64,000 nt of DNA, taken from positions 13,578,001-13,642,000 of the forward strand of contig NC_135762.1 of the NCBI RefSeq assembly GCF_052425735.1, written 5' to 3'. The notes below the pieces were generated by a model. That model had not been told where the DNA came from and made no database searches. It was given only the letters and a program-made list of their open reading frames with translations. The DNA is from Oculina patagonica (lineage: Eukaryota). Positions 26,918 to 55,831 of the stretch are shown here, one piece after another. Made by a program: the position numbers and the translations under genes. Every line of letters begins with the position of its first letter. The first letter of the stretch is position 1.

Positions 26918-28394
26918 TTCTTTTTTTTTTGTATAATTTTTATTTGCATAACACATAGTTACATACACTATTTACAATACAAGCTACTACTTATACCACT
27001 AACAATACTTAACAACATTACGAGTTTTTACATTAAATCTTAAACCTACTTACCCACTCGCTCGCTCACTCATCACACAATCACACAATTACATACAAGA
27101 ATTCCAATAGCAAAGTTACACCTGTTTGAGCCTTATACAATGTATATCTAAGTTAACAACTTAGCAATTACATTTCCCATTTCTTCTTTAATAAATCTAA
27201 TGTATTATTTTTAGTACAAATGTATTTCTCTGTTTCATACTTTAATGCTACTTTTAATTTATAACCTCTTATATTCGGAAGTTCATTGTTTCTTCTGCAA
27301 CCCCATAAGTAAATTTTTCCTACAAGTAATAGATAATTTAGATCTCATTTTCTTAGACTGTCCAGGTTGACTAATACCATCTGCAATTGGCAATTTCCTC
27401 TCTCCCTTTACAATGTAGCGTGAGAAAAATGCTTCCTCGTCATGCCTGTTACAGTAGTTACGTTGTGTACACGTGCGTTTGGAGGTCTCTCATAACAGCA
27501 CTCGAAAAATATGCTGTAAAGACTTTTGGATCTGTCCAAACGTCAGCTGGAAATCTGCATTTATTTTCGCAATACTTTACTTTTTGTCAATTATAATTAA
27601 TATAAAAGAGAAAGAAGGGAGAAAAATAAAAATGGTATCACACATGTGTGGATAAAAATGATATTCACACATGGGTGATATCATTTTTAACCAATCAGTT
27701 CGCAGTTTGCCATGTTTCAATGCTCAATAAGCCAATTAAGTCTAAACATCTTCAGATCGTCCTCGGCAATCTTCCAATCTTCGGAAATTTTTTGGAAAGG
27801 TTCGGAACCATTCGTACGACTTTGGACAACATTTTTAAAATCTTCGGAAATCTTTGGAAACTCGTCAAACCCTCGTTATTAGTAGGTTTTATTAAAAGCA
27901 AAATAATACATGGTTTCTTCTCGTGTTCAAATCGATATATCGATTTGAACACTCGAAGATAAATTTCATATCTCCGCACAACCATGTATTATCCTTTATG
28001 ATCAACTTGTTCTTTGTAAAAAAGTAACGCATGTAGTCTCCACTGTCCAATCTTGGTTGTTTCCTTTCTTTTTTGGTTTCTTAGATCCCGCTGCCTGGCT
28101 TCCAATTCATGTTACCTTGTGTTTTCTTTTAGATCGTCTAACGTCCCTGCAAAGAGAAAATCACAAAGAATGAAGGCAAAGAAGAAATCGACGAATTTTC
28201 CTGAGCGGCTTGATGATAGTAGTTGCTCCAGCGAATCAGAACGCTCAGATCACTCCGACGACGATTTCGAACACTCGGAACTCTCCGATGATGCCCCCGA
28301 AAACCACTCGGACTGGGACGATGATTCGTTGATGTATTCCTCGGGTTCTGACCGGTGCTGTAGTCAGGCGCAGTACTCGGACGAGTCAGATTAG
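25984..28394 (+). CDS. Small secreted acidic (Asp/Ser-rich) protein, 2 coding exons, 138 aa
   Basis: Exon 1 25984-26138: MGRVHYFVLLLLVLYYPLRVNPGPVKDGDITSDLTTDTADPFNAVDMINLH, in-frame TAA immediately before the ATG, donor AG|GTAAAA in phase 2. Exon 2 28133-28394: acceptor gttttcttttag, phase 2, RSSNVPAKRKSQRMKAKKKSTNFPERLDDSSCSSESERSDHSDDDFEHSELSDDAPENHSDWDDDSLMYSSGSDRCCSQAQYSDESD*. Confidence 0.72.
26168..26658. mobile_element. hAT-like MITE in the intron of the acidic-protein gene
   Basis: TIRs cagtgccgtagcaag ... cttgctacggcactg. Confidence 0.75.
26874..27354 (-). mobile_element. 5'-truncated L1/Tx1-like LINE insertion with poly(A) and 15-bp TSD
   Basis: TSD agatctcattttctt at 26874-26888 and 27340-27354; long poly-T on the + strand; minus strand encodes NYLLLVGKIYLWGCRRNNELPNIRGYKLKVALKYETEKYICTKNNTLDLLKKKWEM*. 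Confidence 0.85.
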
Positions 28395-30174
28395 ATTTCT
28401 TTGTGTATATCAGTACTCTAGAGACTTGGGGGATGATAATTATTTCCATTCTATTCTTTATTATGGTTTTTTTTTCACTTACTTACGCCATTTCACTGCT
28501 CTTTGCTCGAAATAGTATAAATTTATAGCTAATATTTCTGAAACATAATTCCGATTTGTATGAGGAGGTTAACATATCTGGCAAAATAGTTTACTGGATT
28601 TGATGTCATGGACAGTGCTTTTAAGTGTATTTCCGGTTTTTGGACTATTTACTGTCGGAACAACTGGGAAAAGTTATCAGTTGACAAATGTAGGGAAATA
28701 ACGTGGAACTCGCAACTTTGGTGGGGGTCGGGGGTGGGTGGTTTATAATTCTGGGTAGCGAAACGTCCAACCTTAAAGTATATAGGAAACATCATGTGAA
28801 ACATGCATACGAATTTTATTTAAAAGCATTTTAGTAGCGCTTTTTCGGTTCAGAATAAAAATTTAACAGAATCAGTCTTTGTCCAGTTTTAAGTTTACAA
28901 ATGACCAGAAGTTTATATTTATGGTATAAGAAGCAAATACAGTATGTCACACGATCAGTCAACCGTTGTAGGTAGTAATTATTTACAGACAAGCTGTCGC
29001 TACTACCAAGATTTCACGGCTAACAATCCTAAATTCAGTTTCGTTTTTTTCAGTCGGAAGGTACTTTCGCTACTTATGGTAGAGGCGGGATAGGGGCTTT
29101 ACGTTTTTTGGAAATGCTCATAATCTCCTAACCCTGTGTTGCATAGTTTTTACACAGCCTTTTTTTACGTTTTTTTACCTTCTTCCGCCCTGATTTTAGT
29201 TATACAGCTGTGTAACCGTGCGTCACCGTGCGAACGAAGCCAGCGCTCGGGTCGGAGCGAGGGAAAAGTGCCACGCACTCAGACGACCTTTTTAGAAAAT
29301 TAGAAGGTATGATAAGAAACAGTTTTGAACTTCAAAAACATTGCCAGAAAAAATACGAACTGGTTTATTTAGTTGGAGGATTTTTTAGTAATCATTCCGG
29401 AGATTGCTGGCACAAGCAAGTAACCTAACTGAACTTGACTATTAAAAAGTTATCTAGTGAAGGCGGTGAGGAGGTGGGGGTGATGAAGGAAGGGGGGAGG
29501 GGGGGGGGTGGTTAAGGAATCCTGAAGCTGAACGCATTTTTTGCGGCGCCTTTTTGCTAAGCAGTATTTTGTTTTTAAGGTAAGAGCTCATCTCTTTCCT
29601 GTGTCGGTCGCCGTGCGTAAATTTTTTTGCACAATTTTTGCATGCTAGAAAAAAAAAAGAGCGCTCTTTTTTGTATTTCTTTTACCTCCATAACTTGCAC
29701 GAAGAGAAAATTAATCCATTTATCTGAGAGGGATTATTAATGAAATGAAGCTGATCTGTCAGCTTATAACCTCGTGCCAACAGATTTGTTGAATTAAACG
29801 ATGAAAGAAAAATAAAAGCAACTGATTTAGTGCGACTCCGACAGCAACTTCCTTGTAGTGCACATTAGTCCATGAAAACAGCTGTGTTTAATTTCTAGTG
29901 GTCGTTCCACCATGGATAGTAAATTTTTTACTTATTTTTTTACTATCCATGGTTCCACACAAGTATTATAACAACTGCATTCCCAAATTCATACAAATTC
30001 ATACAAATCACTTCTCTGCCAGTATTTTCTATTATTTTCATTTTTTTTTTTCAATCGGGTGACCCAGTTCTTTAGCGTCGTCAGGCTTCCATTAGCATTG
30101 ACTTTCACGCACAGCTTTAATTTGCCAGACTTTCTGGTAAGTTTCCAGAGTTTCGCGAATCGAAATCAACGGTT

Positions 30175-30689
30175 ACCTTATTATAGGAAATTAACGCTTG
30201 TGTTAATTAAGGTATTGGAAATTAACGCGACTTAAATTAACGCGAATTGAAGGGAAAATTACTTCCCAATAAAGGAAATTAACGCGAGAGAGGGGGTAAC
30301 ATTTCAAAATAAAGGAAATTAACGCGACGTACACAACAGGAACAAGTTTATTTCAACACTTGTAGGCGTGTAATCTTAAACGAAAACAATGTTCGTGGTA
30401 CTTTTCCCACTTTGAGCGTTCTTCACAGTATCAATGATAGTGGCAGATAAAATTATGCTTTTTCCTTGGAGTCAAGAACATCTGGACTGTAACGAAATAT
30501 TGGAGCCAAAACAATGGAAATTACCGTCATGGAAATTAACGCTCCACTTAATTAACGGCGCGGAAATTAACGTTAACAAAAATTAACGCGACTTAAATTA
30601 ACGCGAAAGTTTGAAATTTCGCTCTTCGTTGCGGGACGCGAATGAGAGGCGGCTGTATTCGCAGGCTAGTTAATTTCCTATAATAAGGT
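30175..30689. mobile_element. MITE with aattaacgc subterminal repeats
   Basis: TIRs accttattataggaaattaac ... gttaatttcctataataaggt, flanked by direct repeat aatcaacggtt. Confidence 0.75.
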
Positions 30690-30759
30690 AATCAACGGTT
30701 GCGTTTTTGCTTTTATGTCAATCAAAATTCAATTTCAGAGGGGTAAAATGTATAAAAGC

Positions 30760-31140
30760 CTGCTGTCGATCCTAGTGGCCTATCAAGCCGGAGCTTATCA
30801 CGGTTTCTGTGGGATGAAGAGGCTAGGGGGGGGGGGGACAGGGAGGTATGAACCTCCCGCCTCCCGTACCTTTTACTCCCGCTTCCCGTATCTTTTACTC
30901 CCACCTCCCGCCCCTTTCCGTAGCTGTTATCTCCCGTTTGTTCCATGTTTATTGCGAAATATAATGAAATGTTACGAAATTTCACTCGTTTTCTCCCAGT
31001 TCCCGCCACCTTAAGAATCCCGCTTCCCGCCCTCTCTCCTCCCGCTTCCCGCCCCTTTTCTCCCGGGCTCCCGCACCCCTGTCCCCCTCCACAGGCTAGG
31101 AGTATTTCTACTCTCACCGGATGAGGCGCTAGTTGGCAGT
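30760..31140 (-). mobile_element. CORE-SINE fragment interrupted by a GC-rich TIR element (~30828-31092)
   Basis: SINE tail sequence on both sides; insert ggggacaggg...ccctgtcccc flanked by an aggctagg duplication. Confidence 0.55.
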
Positions 31141-32189
31141 CACCTTTTCTTGCTGAAACCGATTATAGAGCGAGGGCTCTGATGACAGATTTTTTTTTCA
31201 ACATATGGTCTAATTTTAATCAGATTTTCGGTTTTTTTTATCGAGCTGTTAAGGTCTAATTTTAACCAGATTTTCGTTTTGTTTTTTATCGAACTGTTAT
31301 GGTGTAATTTTAACCAGATTTTCGTTGTTGAAATTCCAAGATATAAGAACACTGACAGTGAAAAGACAATGACTGAAGAAAACAAACAAACAAAAAAGAC
31401 AAAAAAAGAACAAAAAAGGAATAAAAATAGACTAGAGGAGATTTCCAATCGAAAATGAGCGAGGGAATAGGGCAAAGGCTTCACTCTGCCTCCTTGGGGA
31501 AGTTGCATGATAGTAGCGGTTTTATCTATATCTGCAAAGTTCGTGTAACGCGATAACTAGGAACTCTGGGGTTACTCCAAGCCGGAACAGCGGCGGAAAA
31601 CGTTGACCCAACGAGGTTATATGTTCTGTTGCCTAGCTGCAGCTAGTTGTTTTCTTAGTAAGACTAATCGGTTTACTTCAGCGCTAAGTAAGACAGAGTC
31701 AAAATGTCTAACTGGATGAAATTTAGCAGAGGGTCCAAAAAATATGCCAGCTTTGTTTCACAGCCTGATCCAATGACAAAAGTGGAAAACTCCCAGCTTG
31801 TCGGCGCACCCTAAACAACTACATCGACTGATTAGGGTTTTTTGGGTAAAGTTAAGAAACAGGACGATCAACACAATCAAGTACAGAACATGAGATGTGT
31901 ATTTGTTTTACGGCTCAAGGAAGCTCTGGGTCATTCTTGAAGAGTCAAACTTGTTTCCGTGACCTCTGAAATCCGTTTACGCTAGACAGTTTCGAAAGAA
32001 CAGCGAGTCGATTTCAGTCAACAGTTGCGCAAATGCATACCAGAAAAATGGACTGTTTAATTCAAATTTGATCGAATTATAGAAAAAAAATACAGTAGAT
32101 TATACGGAGAAATACAGTTAAACCTGTCAAAATTCACTCCGTCGCAATCAAGCTTTCGTTTACACTTCGTAAAATAAACAAAGCAAAGT

Positions 32190-32295
32190 TGATGGCGGAC
32201 TGGGTCGACTAAACCGTTTTATTTGTGAAGGTGGCCAACTCGCGCTGTGATTGGCTAACTCACTGATGAGCGTCAATCAACCAAATTCAAACTTG
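32190..32295 (+). promoter_or_regulatory. Putative MELK cell-cycle promoter: inverted CCAAT box and inverted CHR element
   Basis: GATTGG at 32249-32254, TTCAAA (reverse of CHR TTTGAA) at 32286-32291 and TGGCGG near 32193, all 250-350 nt upstream of the ATG. Confidence 0.4.
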
Positions 32296-32543
32296 TAATG
32301 AGATCCTTGTTGTACCAGAGCAGACGGTCCGCAGACAATTCCAGAGCAAGGTTTGGAGCTTTACGGTTACAAATTTCCTAGTAGTTTTATCGCTGGAGCT
32401 TCAAGTTTCCGAGTTTCTAGTGGAAGAGTTTATTAGCAGTGCGGTTTAGTTCATAACGTAGCGTGTGGTTTGCGTCTGGATATTGAGTGGACACGCCGTT
32501 CAGTCGTTCGATCAGGTTCCTTTCCGTTCGATTTCAATTCAAC

Positions 32544-50218
<17,675 letters not shown>

Positions 50219-51599
50219 AAATGCACGTGCACTACACGCAATTGTGCTTGTAATGGTCAAGGCTTCCATAAATGAAGAGAAATAAAAATGGATGAAAAAA
50301 TGGCACTGAACTTGCGTGGAGATCCGCGAGATCGCGTAACCTGGCCAACAGGGCGTACAAATAGTTGTCCAATGTACAAAATTGGTATTTTAGCAGTTTT
50401 AGTATAAGACTAGTATTAAAATTAATATTTTCATGATGTAAATTTGACTGTAAATGTGAGTTAAAAAGCAATGATACATTTAACAGTACATAATTCAAGT
50501 GTAGGATTGTCATCGTGCCTAGTGTAGATCGTAATTTCTGCGTTTAGAATAGCAGAGTATGGATTAAATACATATTGAAAGAATATACCGTTGAACGCCA
50601 TAAGATCATTATTACATGAAAGTAATCCAACAGAGCGAAAAGCTTGACTTTTTCGTTGTCGTATTTCGCCACATTCAGATTGGGAACAGGACGAAGTGCG
50701 TCGGTTTTCTTACGCAGATATCATATTGGGACGAAATCTTTGAAGCCAGTGTTATTTTTTTATATATGTTGCGGCTGACAAAAATGACTTCCAAGTCGCA
50801 GGAAATCGGAATTTCCCGAAAGTAAGAGAGAGTTGATGTTACAAAGTAGGATTGATTGGTTAAGAAACGAATTTTACTACTTACTTTCTTATACTTGAAA
50901 CGAACTTTGTCCAATGTTAAGTAGTCGTGTTAAGGTCTTGCAGTAAATAAGATCATTGCCTTTTGCTAGGTAGTGAAAAGTTGAGGCACTTGCTTGTTTT
51001 CTTAGAAAGTGGCAACTCTGCTTTTATGGCAATGCAGCCAGGCTCGCAGCCGTGTTTTCCTGCCTAACTTCAAAGTTAAATCTTTGGTATACCGCTTCCA
51101 ATCCTCGCTGAATCTTCTTTGTATACGCGTAGTTGAAAACGTTCAAGAGATATTTCATGATATAACATTCAATAAGTGCGGTATAACATACTGGCCAGTA
51201 GCAAATTCCAGTGTTAATGAGAGAGTGGTAGAAGCGTCTCCTCGTAGATGCAACTCATCGGGCGTTAATTGGAAAATGTACATTTTATAAACTGGAAATG
51301 AACATCTCTGTACAGTAATCAAAATTCATGGGTTATTAGATACATTACAGGAAGTAGTCTTTAGTTTAAGCTGTTGATATTAGTACAGTTTCTGACGATG
51401 TGCAATGTATAGTATTTTCCAAGGGTAATGGGTAATTTAAACAATAGAAGCAAAAAAATGAGTTATATTCCACGCTCGAGAATGCAAATAAATGTACTGA
51501 AATAAGGGTTTCTGCGTTTCCTTGTTTTGTTTTTCGAAACTACTTGCTTCTCATTTATCTAACGACAGTTTTCGTGTAGCTTGCGCCCCTAGACGGGTA

Positions 51600-51915
51600 T
51601 ACCGAAAAAATTCAGGTTATAAGCCCCTCGCTTTATATTTATAGGCCCATTACCTGAAGACAAAAAATACATCTGATTATATGCCCCACTCTGCTGGATG
51701 ACAGTACTGAACAGGGCAAAATGTTGCTTTATTATGACTTAACCTAAAAACGTATTTCAATCAACACTGCCTTAGCTCGTTTCGAAACTTTTTTTTTATT
51801 CCGCTTATAAGCCCTCCAAGTAGGGAGGGAGGGCATGATCTCAGGTTACTATAAGCCTATCCAAAAACCCCTTACGAAGTTGTGTAAGCCCAGGGCTTAT
51901 AACCGGAATTTTAAG
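51600..51915. mobile_element. Tc1/mariner-like MITE
   Basis: taccgaaaaaattcaggttataagccc ... gggcttataaccggaattt. Confidence 0.55.
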
Positions 51916-51917
51916 GG

Positions 51918-52799
51918 GAAGCCTCGAGCCAAGTGGTGCATACTCGACGGAGCATATCCCTGTTTCTGTAGAATAAAGCGGCTAGCATATTTTTTTACTC
52001 CCCCCCCTGAATGGGGATGCTAGTCCATCGCAGGATATCCCCCTCCCCAACATTATGTTGCCGGTACCCATTTATAAGCCTTGGTGGAGAGGGGCACTCT
52101 GAGATAGGCTCTTACCGACAGTGCTAGCACTTTTTTTTTGGCATTATTTGGCTTCGCGAGCATTTTTTTTACATTTTATCCAAAATAGCACTGCTAGCAT
52201 TATTTTGGATTTTCGACTGATTATTTGTATAATTTTGTGTTAAAAAGCACAATCTGACTTCATTTATGGCATCCAAAGATGCATTATGCCCTCATTTTAG
52301 TGAAAGGAGCCGAGGAGGCCTGGGGAATAGGTTTGATCGGTTTGATACGTCAGTGATTGCCTTCTAGAAACCCAGTCCATCACACTCCTTCCAAGATGAC
52401 GTCATCCACGTTGTCATCAAGGAACAATGGAAGTCAGCCAAGGCAGAGATAGCTCGAGAGCGTACTCTGACATCAAACATTGATCGTTATATTTTATTGT
52501 TGAAAAATCTAACTGAAAATCTGAAAAATGTAATATTCTATGTTTAAAAAAACGGGAAAAAGTGAGCATTATTATGTAACCCACGAGCACTTTTTAAAAA
52601 AATTAGCATTATTTTAGCACTTTTTTGGCAAAAAACGAGCACTTCTTTTAGCATTTAATGCTTTTTTACGAGCACTTTCGGTACAAGCCTACTCTGAAAG
52701 TGAAGTGTTTTGCCCAAGAATAACGCAGTGACCGCGGCCAGGGCTCGAACCCGGACCGTTCTAGTCCGGTGCACTAACCATTAGGCCACCGCGCCTCCC
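51918..52799 (-). mobile_element. CORE-SINE interrupted by a TIR element (52106-52690)
   Basis: SINE head at 52799 (gggaggcgcggtggcctaatggttagtgc on minus); insert aggctcttaccga ... tcggtacaagcct flanked by an actctga duplication. Confidence 0.75.
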
Positions 52800-53647
52800 A
52801 TTCCCAAACCCGAACGAAATGGTAAGCTTTCACTGCGAATTGCTTGCGATTCGCTTTTATTTGTTGGTTAGGTTAAGTTTCGTTTCGTTTCGGGTTTAAG
52901 TAGATGTCATATAGACGCAGTTGATTTTTCCCCGCTCGAAAGCCGTCTGTCGGCCAAACAAAATCCATGTTGATGACGTATTTCTACAAAGTCTTGTTTT
53001 GGTAGTTGCAAGCAAGCGAAAGTTCAAAACCAAGCAAAGATCGGCAGAAATAGAGCAAAACAGCGCCAAATAGACCAATTTCGATATAACATTCCAACTT
53101 GGCTTCGAGGGTTTGGCAAATGAAACAAAAGATATTATTTATTTGTCCATTCGTCCTTCAACCTCAATGTGATTGATATCTTTTGTCTGTTTTTTTTTTC
53201 TTTTCAAGCCTCGAAACCAAACTAGCTCGTCCCCAGGCTCGCAATATTAGTTTGACGTCAAAATGGCGGCGTCACAAACTTTTTGGCATCCTCGTTCCAG
53301 GTTCTTTCTATCGAGGGAAGCCGGAAAGGAACTTGGGGTCGAAATTGTCCCTAATTTTTCTGTCGCACTATATAATTTCACTGCTGTCATTTTCGATTTC
53401 CTAAATTGATGAAAATAAATGACTAGTACCTTGAAATGCGTGGGGCGATACAGCCTATATTTTCCTCATTACTAATTTAAAAATTCTCGGGGGGTAATAC
53501 CCTTATGCGCTATAAATTGTTTGCCTGACTGGACGCCAAATGGCACGTCGGGATCGCTGTTCCAAAGGTGGTAGCTGTACTCTCGTAAATAAAAAACCAC
53601 AGATCGCTGATGTGGAAGTCGATGGAAGACTTGCACTCTTTGCAGCA

Positions 53648-53826
53648 AATAGGCCATTTCCGAGTTACCCTTTGCCTCTGTTTCAAAACGAGTCTGCCTG
53701 CGAAACCATTGAGTTTGATTTGCTTGAAAATGGACCTGTAGGTCAAACCCATTTCCATTTAAATGGTTTTGCACGTGGTTTTGCACGTTTTGAAACAGGC
53801 AAAGGGTAACTCTGAAATGGCCTATT
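53648..53826. mobile_element. Palindromic MITE (AATAG...CTATT family)
   Basis: aataggccatttccgagttaccctttgcct ... aggcaaagggtaactctgaaatggcctatt. Confidence 0.8.
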
Positions 53827-55309
53827 CATTTCAAGGTTTGCTGAGAGACGAACAAGAGTCTGATAAAAATAAAATTACGCTGCATTCGCTTTGTAACGCT
53901 CTGTCTCAGGCAAAAGGCGAGTTGAACGGCGAAATCTCGTACCCGCAAGAGCTGTTGATAAATCTCTAAAAAAATGCCATCAAGCTTTGAACAAAAAGGT
54001 ATAGAAAGAAACTCCAATATCGAAACTTCCCTTGATCTTGGTATTCCATTCGTTGTTCCAGTATCAAAAAGGAGAAACGCCTTTACCTTTTGTCGCGATT
54101 TTTATGTTAAATATAAACAAGACCTTGATCGGTCGATTTGTCTGTAAATTTAAAACAACATCGGAAATTAACCTTGCAAGTAATCAAATAATAGCTAATT
54201 GAATGATTATTTTTTAAGAAAACCACTCCCTTAGCTTTCGGTAAAATACAGGCTGGTGCTTTGATCTAAATTATTATTAGTAGCTAAGAGTTTTTATTAT
54301 TTTTAAATGAGTGCACGTTTTCTAGAAGTTTTTTTTGGAGGAAGGAAAAAAACCGTTTACACTTGAGAGCTTTTGGCGAAATTTTAGTTAGCGCACGTAG
54401 ACGGAATATATGTGGAAATCCTTTATATTGTAAATCAGACTTCTTTATTGTGGCCCACGATTTAATTAAACGTAAAGTTTTCATATTCTTTTATACTTTT
54501 GTCGCAGTTGGGGTATTCATGTTGTATCAAGGCTGCATTGCTAGGTGAAGTCCATTAACAATCGTTCTAATCAATTCCTCGGGGCTGTTCGGTGAACGTT
54601 TTTTCAGCTGCTCTTTGAGGCTGTCAAGAATTGAAGGCCATTAACATGTCTTCTGTGTTTACAATAAGTATCTTTGCTTGTTATGGATAACTTCCGAGAA
54701 ATCATCGTTTGTGACATCTCGCACGCTCCAACTTTGAATCAAAAGAAACGTCTGTAGAAGCGTATTCGCTACCGGTACAAAAGAAGCGCTTGTCGTTCCG
54801 TTTTAATTTGATCAAAACCCTCTTGTGGGTTTTTAGCGGTTGCTCAGTCTTATTTTTGCTTGTTGAACGCTTTGCTAGTATGAGGTTTATATTTTTGTCC
54901 TAAAGTTCTAGCTCTTTTAGAGAATTCTCCGTTGGGATGTTATCATTTTTTAAATGCAAATTTATTACCTTTCTATGAGTTGAACTAAAACGAGGTCCAA
55001 TATGCTATCAGATACCACTATTTTTTAATTCGTTTCCACAAATGTTTTCGTTGCTTTTAAATTTCCAAATCTTCCGCTTTTCCATCTGGGACGTATTGTC
55101 CAAAATGTTTTTAAAAACGAACATTCGATCTCGTTTCCTGACATTTCTCTTGGAATTGTCCGCAGACTAATTTAGCTACTTAGCAAGATTAATCTGTTCA
55201 TCAGTGGCTCATAGCCTCGTTGTTCGTATTTAAATTTATCACTATTCTGTCCGCTTTCGGTCTCAAGAGCGTTCACAAGCACAGTTTCTCCTGATGCATT
55301 TGAGCTATT

Positions 55310-55831
55310 TCAGAGCATTTTTAGATCGTACAAGATGTAAGTTGTTGCCAGGAATTTTCGATACTGCCGCAAACTCACTCCCCTGGTCTCAATTTCTCTT
55401 TCCATTTGCTCGCATATTGCATGTCTTCTTTTCTCTGGCTTCACCCAGTTAATTAACCTCTGAAAAGCCGAAGAACGTCTTCGCGTTTGCGTTGGCAAAG
55501 GCTTCATTTGTGTAATTTCTTCCAGTTCCTCTGTAGTCTCTGATTTCCCGCTATCGTTGGAATCCTCGAGTTCGGTTTCCTCGACAGAAAGAAGCCCTCT
55601 TTGAAAACACGGACTATCTGAATTATTGTTGCTATTGTTGTGGTCTGCCTTGAGACAGTTATAGGCGATGGTTTTCTTGGGTGTTGCTTCGCAGTGGGTT
55701 TGTCCGCAATCACTGCTGCTAATCATAGATTCATCGAGCCCATCTCTGTTCTTGTGAACTTTCTTGTAGTGGAAAGGTCGGCGAAGTTTTGACAAGAATC
55801 GATCCTTAAGACGCCCCATTCTGGTCGCCAT
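55310..55831 (-). CDS. Intronless uncharacterised 173-aa protein (disordered/acidic middle, RRRSS and KRRHAI motifs, predicted helical C-terminus)
   Basis: Longest non-repeat single-exon ORF. First ATG at 55831 (MATRMGRLKDRFLSKLRRPF...). Protein-like composition and higher GC than the flanks. AATAAA on the minus strand near 54961-54966. Confidence 0.7.
   Translation of the reverse strand: MATRMGRLKDRFLSKLRRPFHYKKVHKNRDGLDESMISSSDCGQTHCEATPKKTIAYNCLKADHNNSNNNSDSPCFQRGLLSVEETELEDSNDSGKSETTEELEEITQMKPLPTQTRRRSSAFQRLINWVKPEKRRHAICEQMEREIETRGVSLRQYRKFLATTYILYDLKML

Noticed and set aside
29208-29307. GC-rich segment bounded by AG and GT
   Set aside because: Stops in all three frames; no partner exons found.
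31704-31814. 36-aa ORF with good start context upstream of MELK
   Set aside because: No recognisable motif, splice or homology support.
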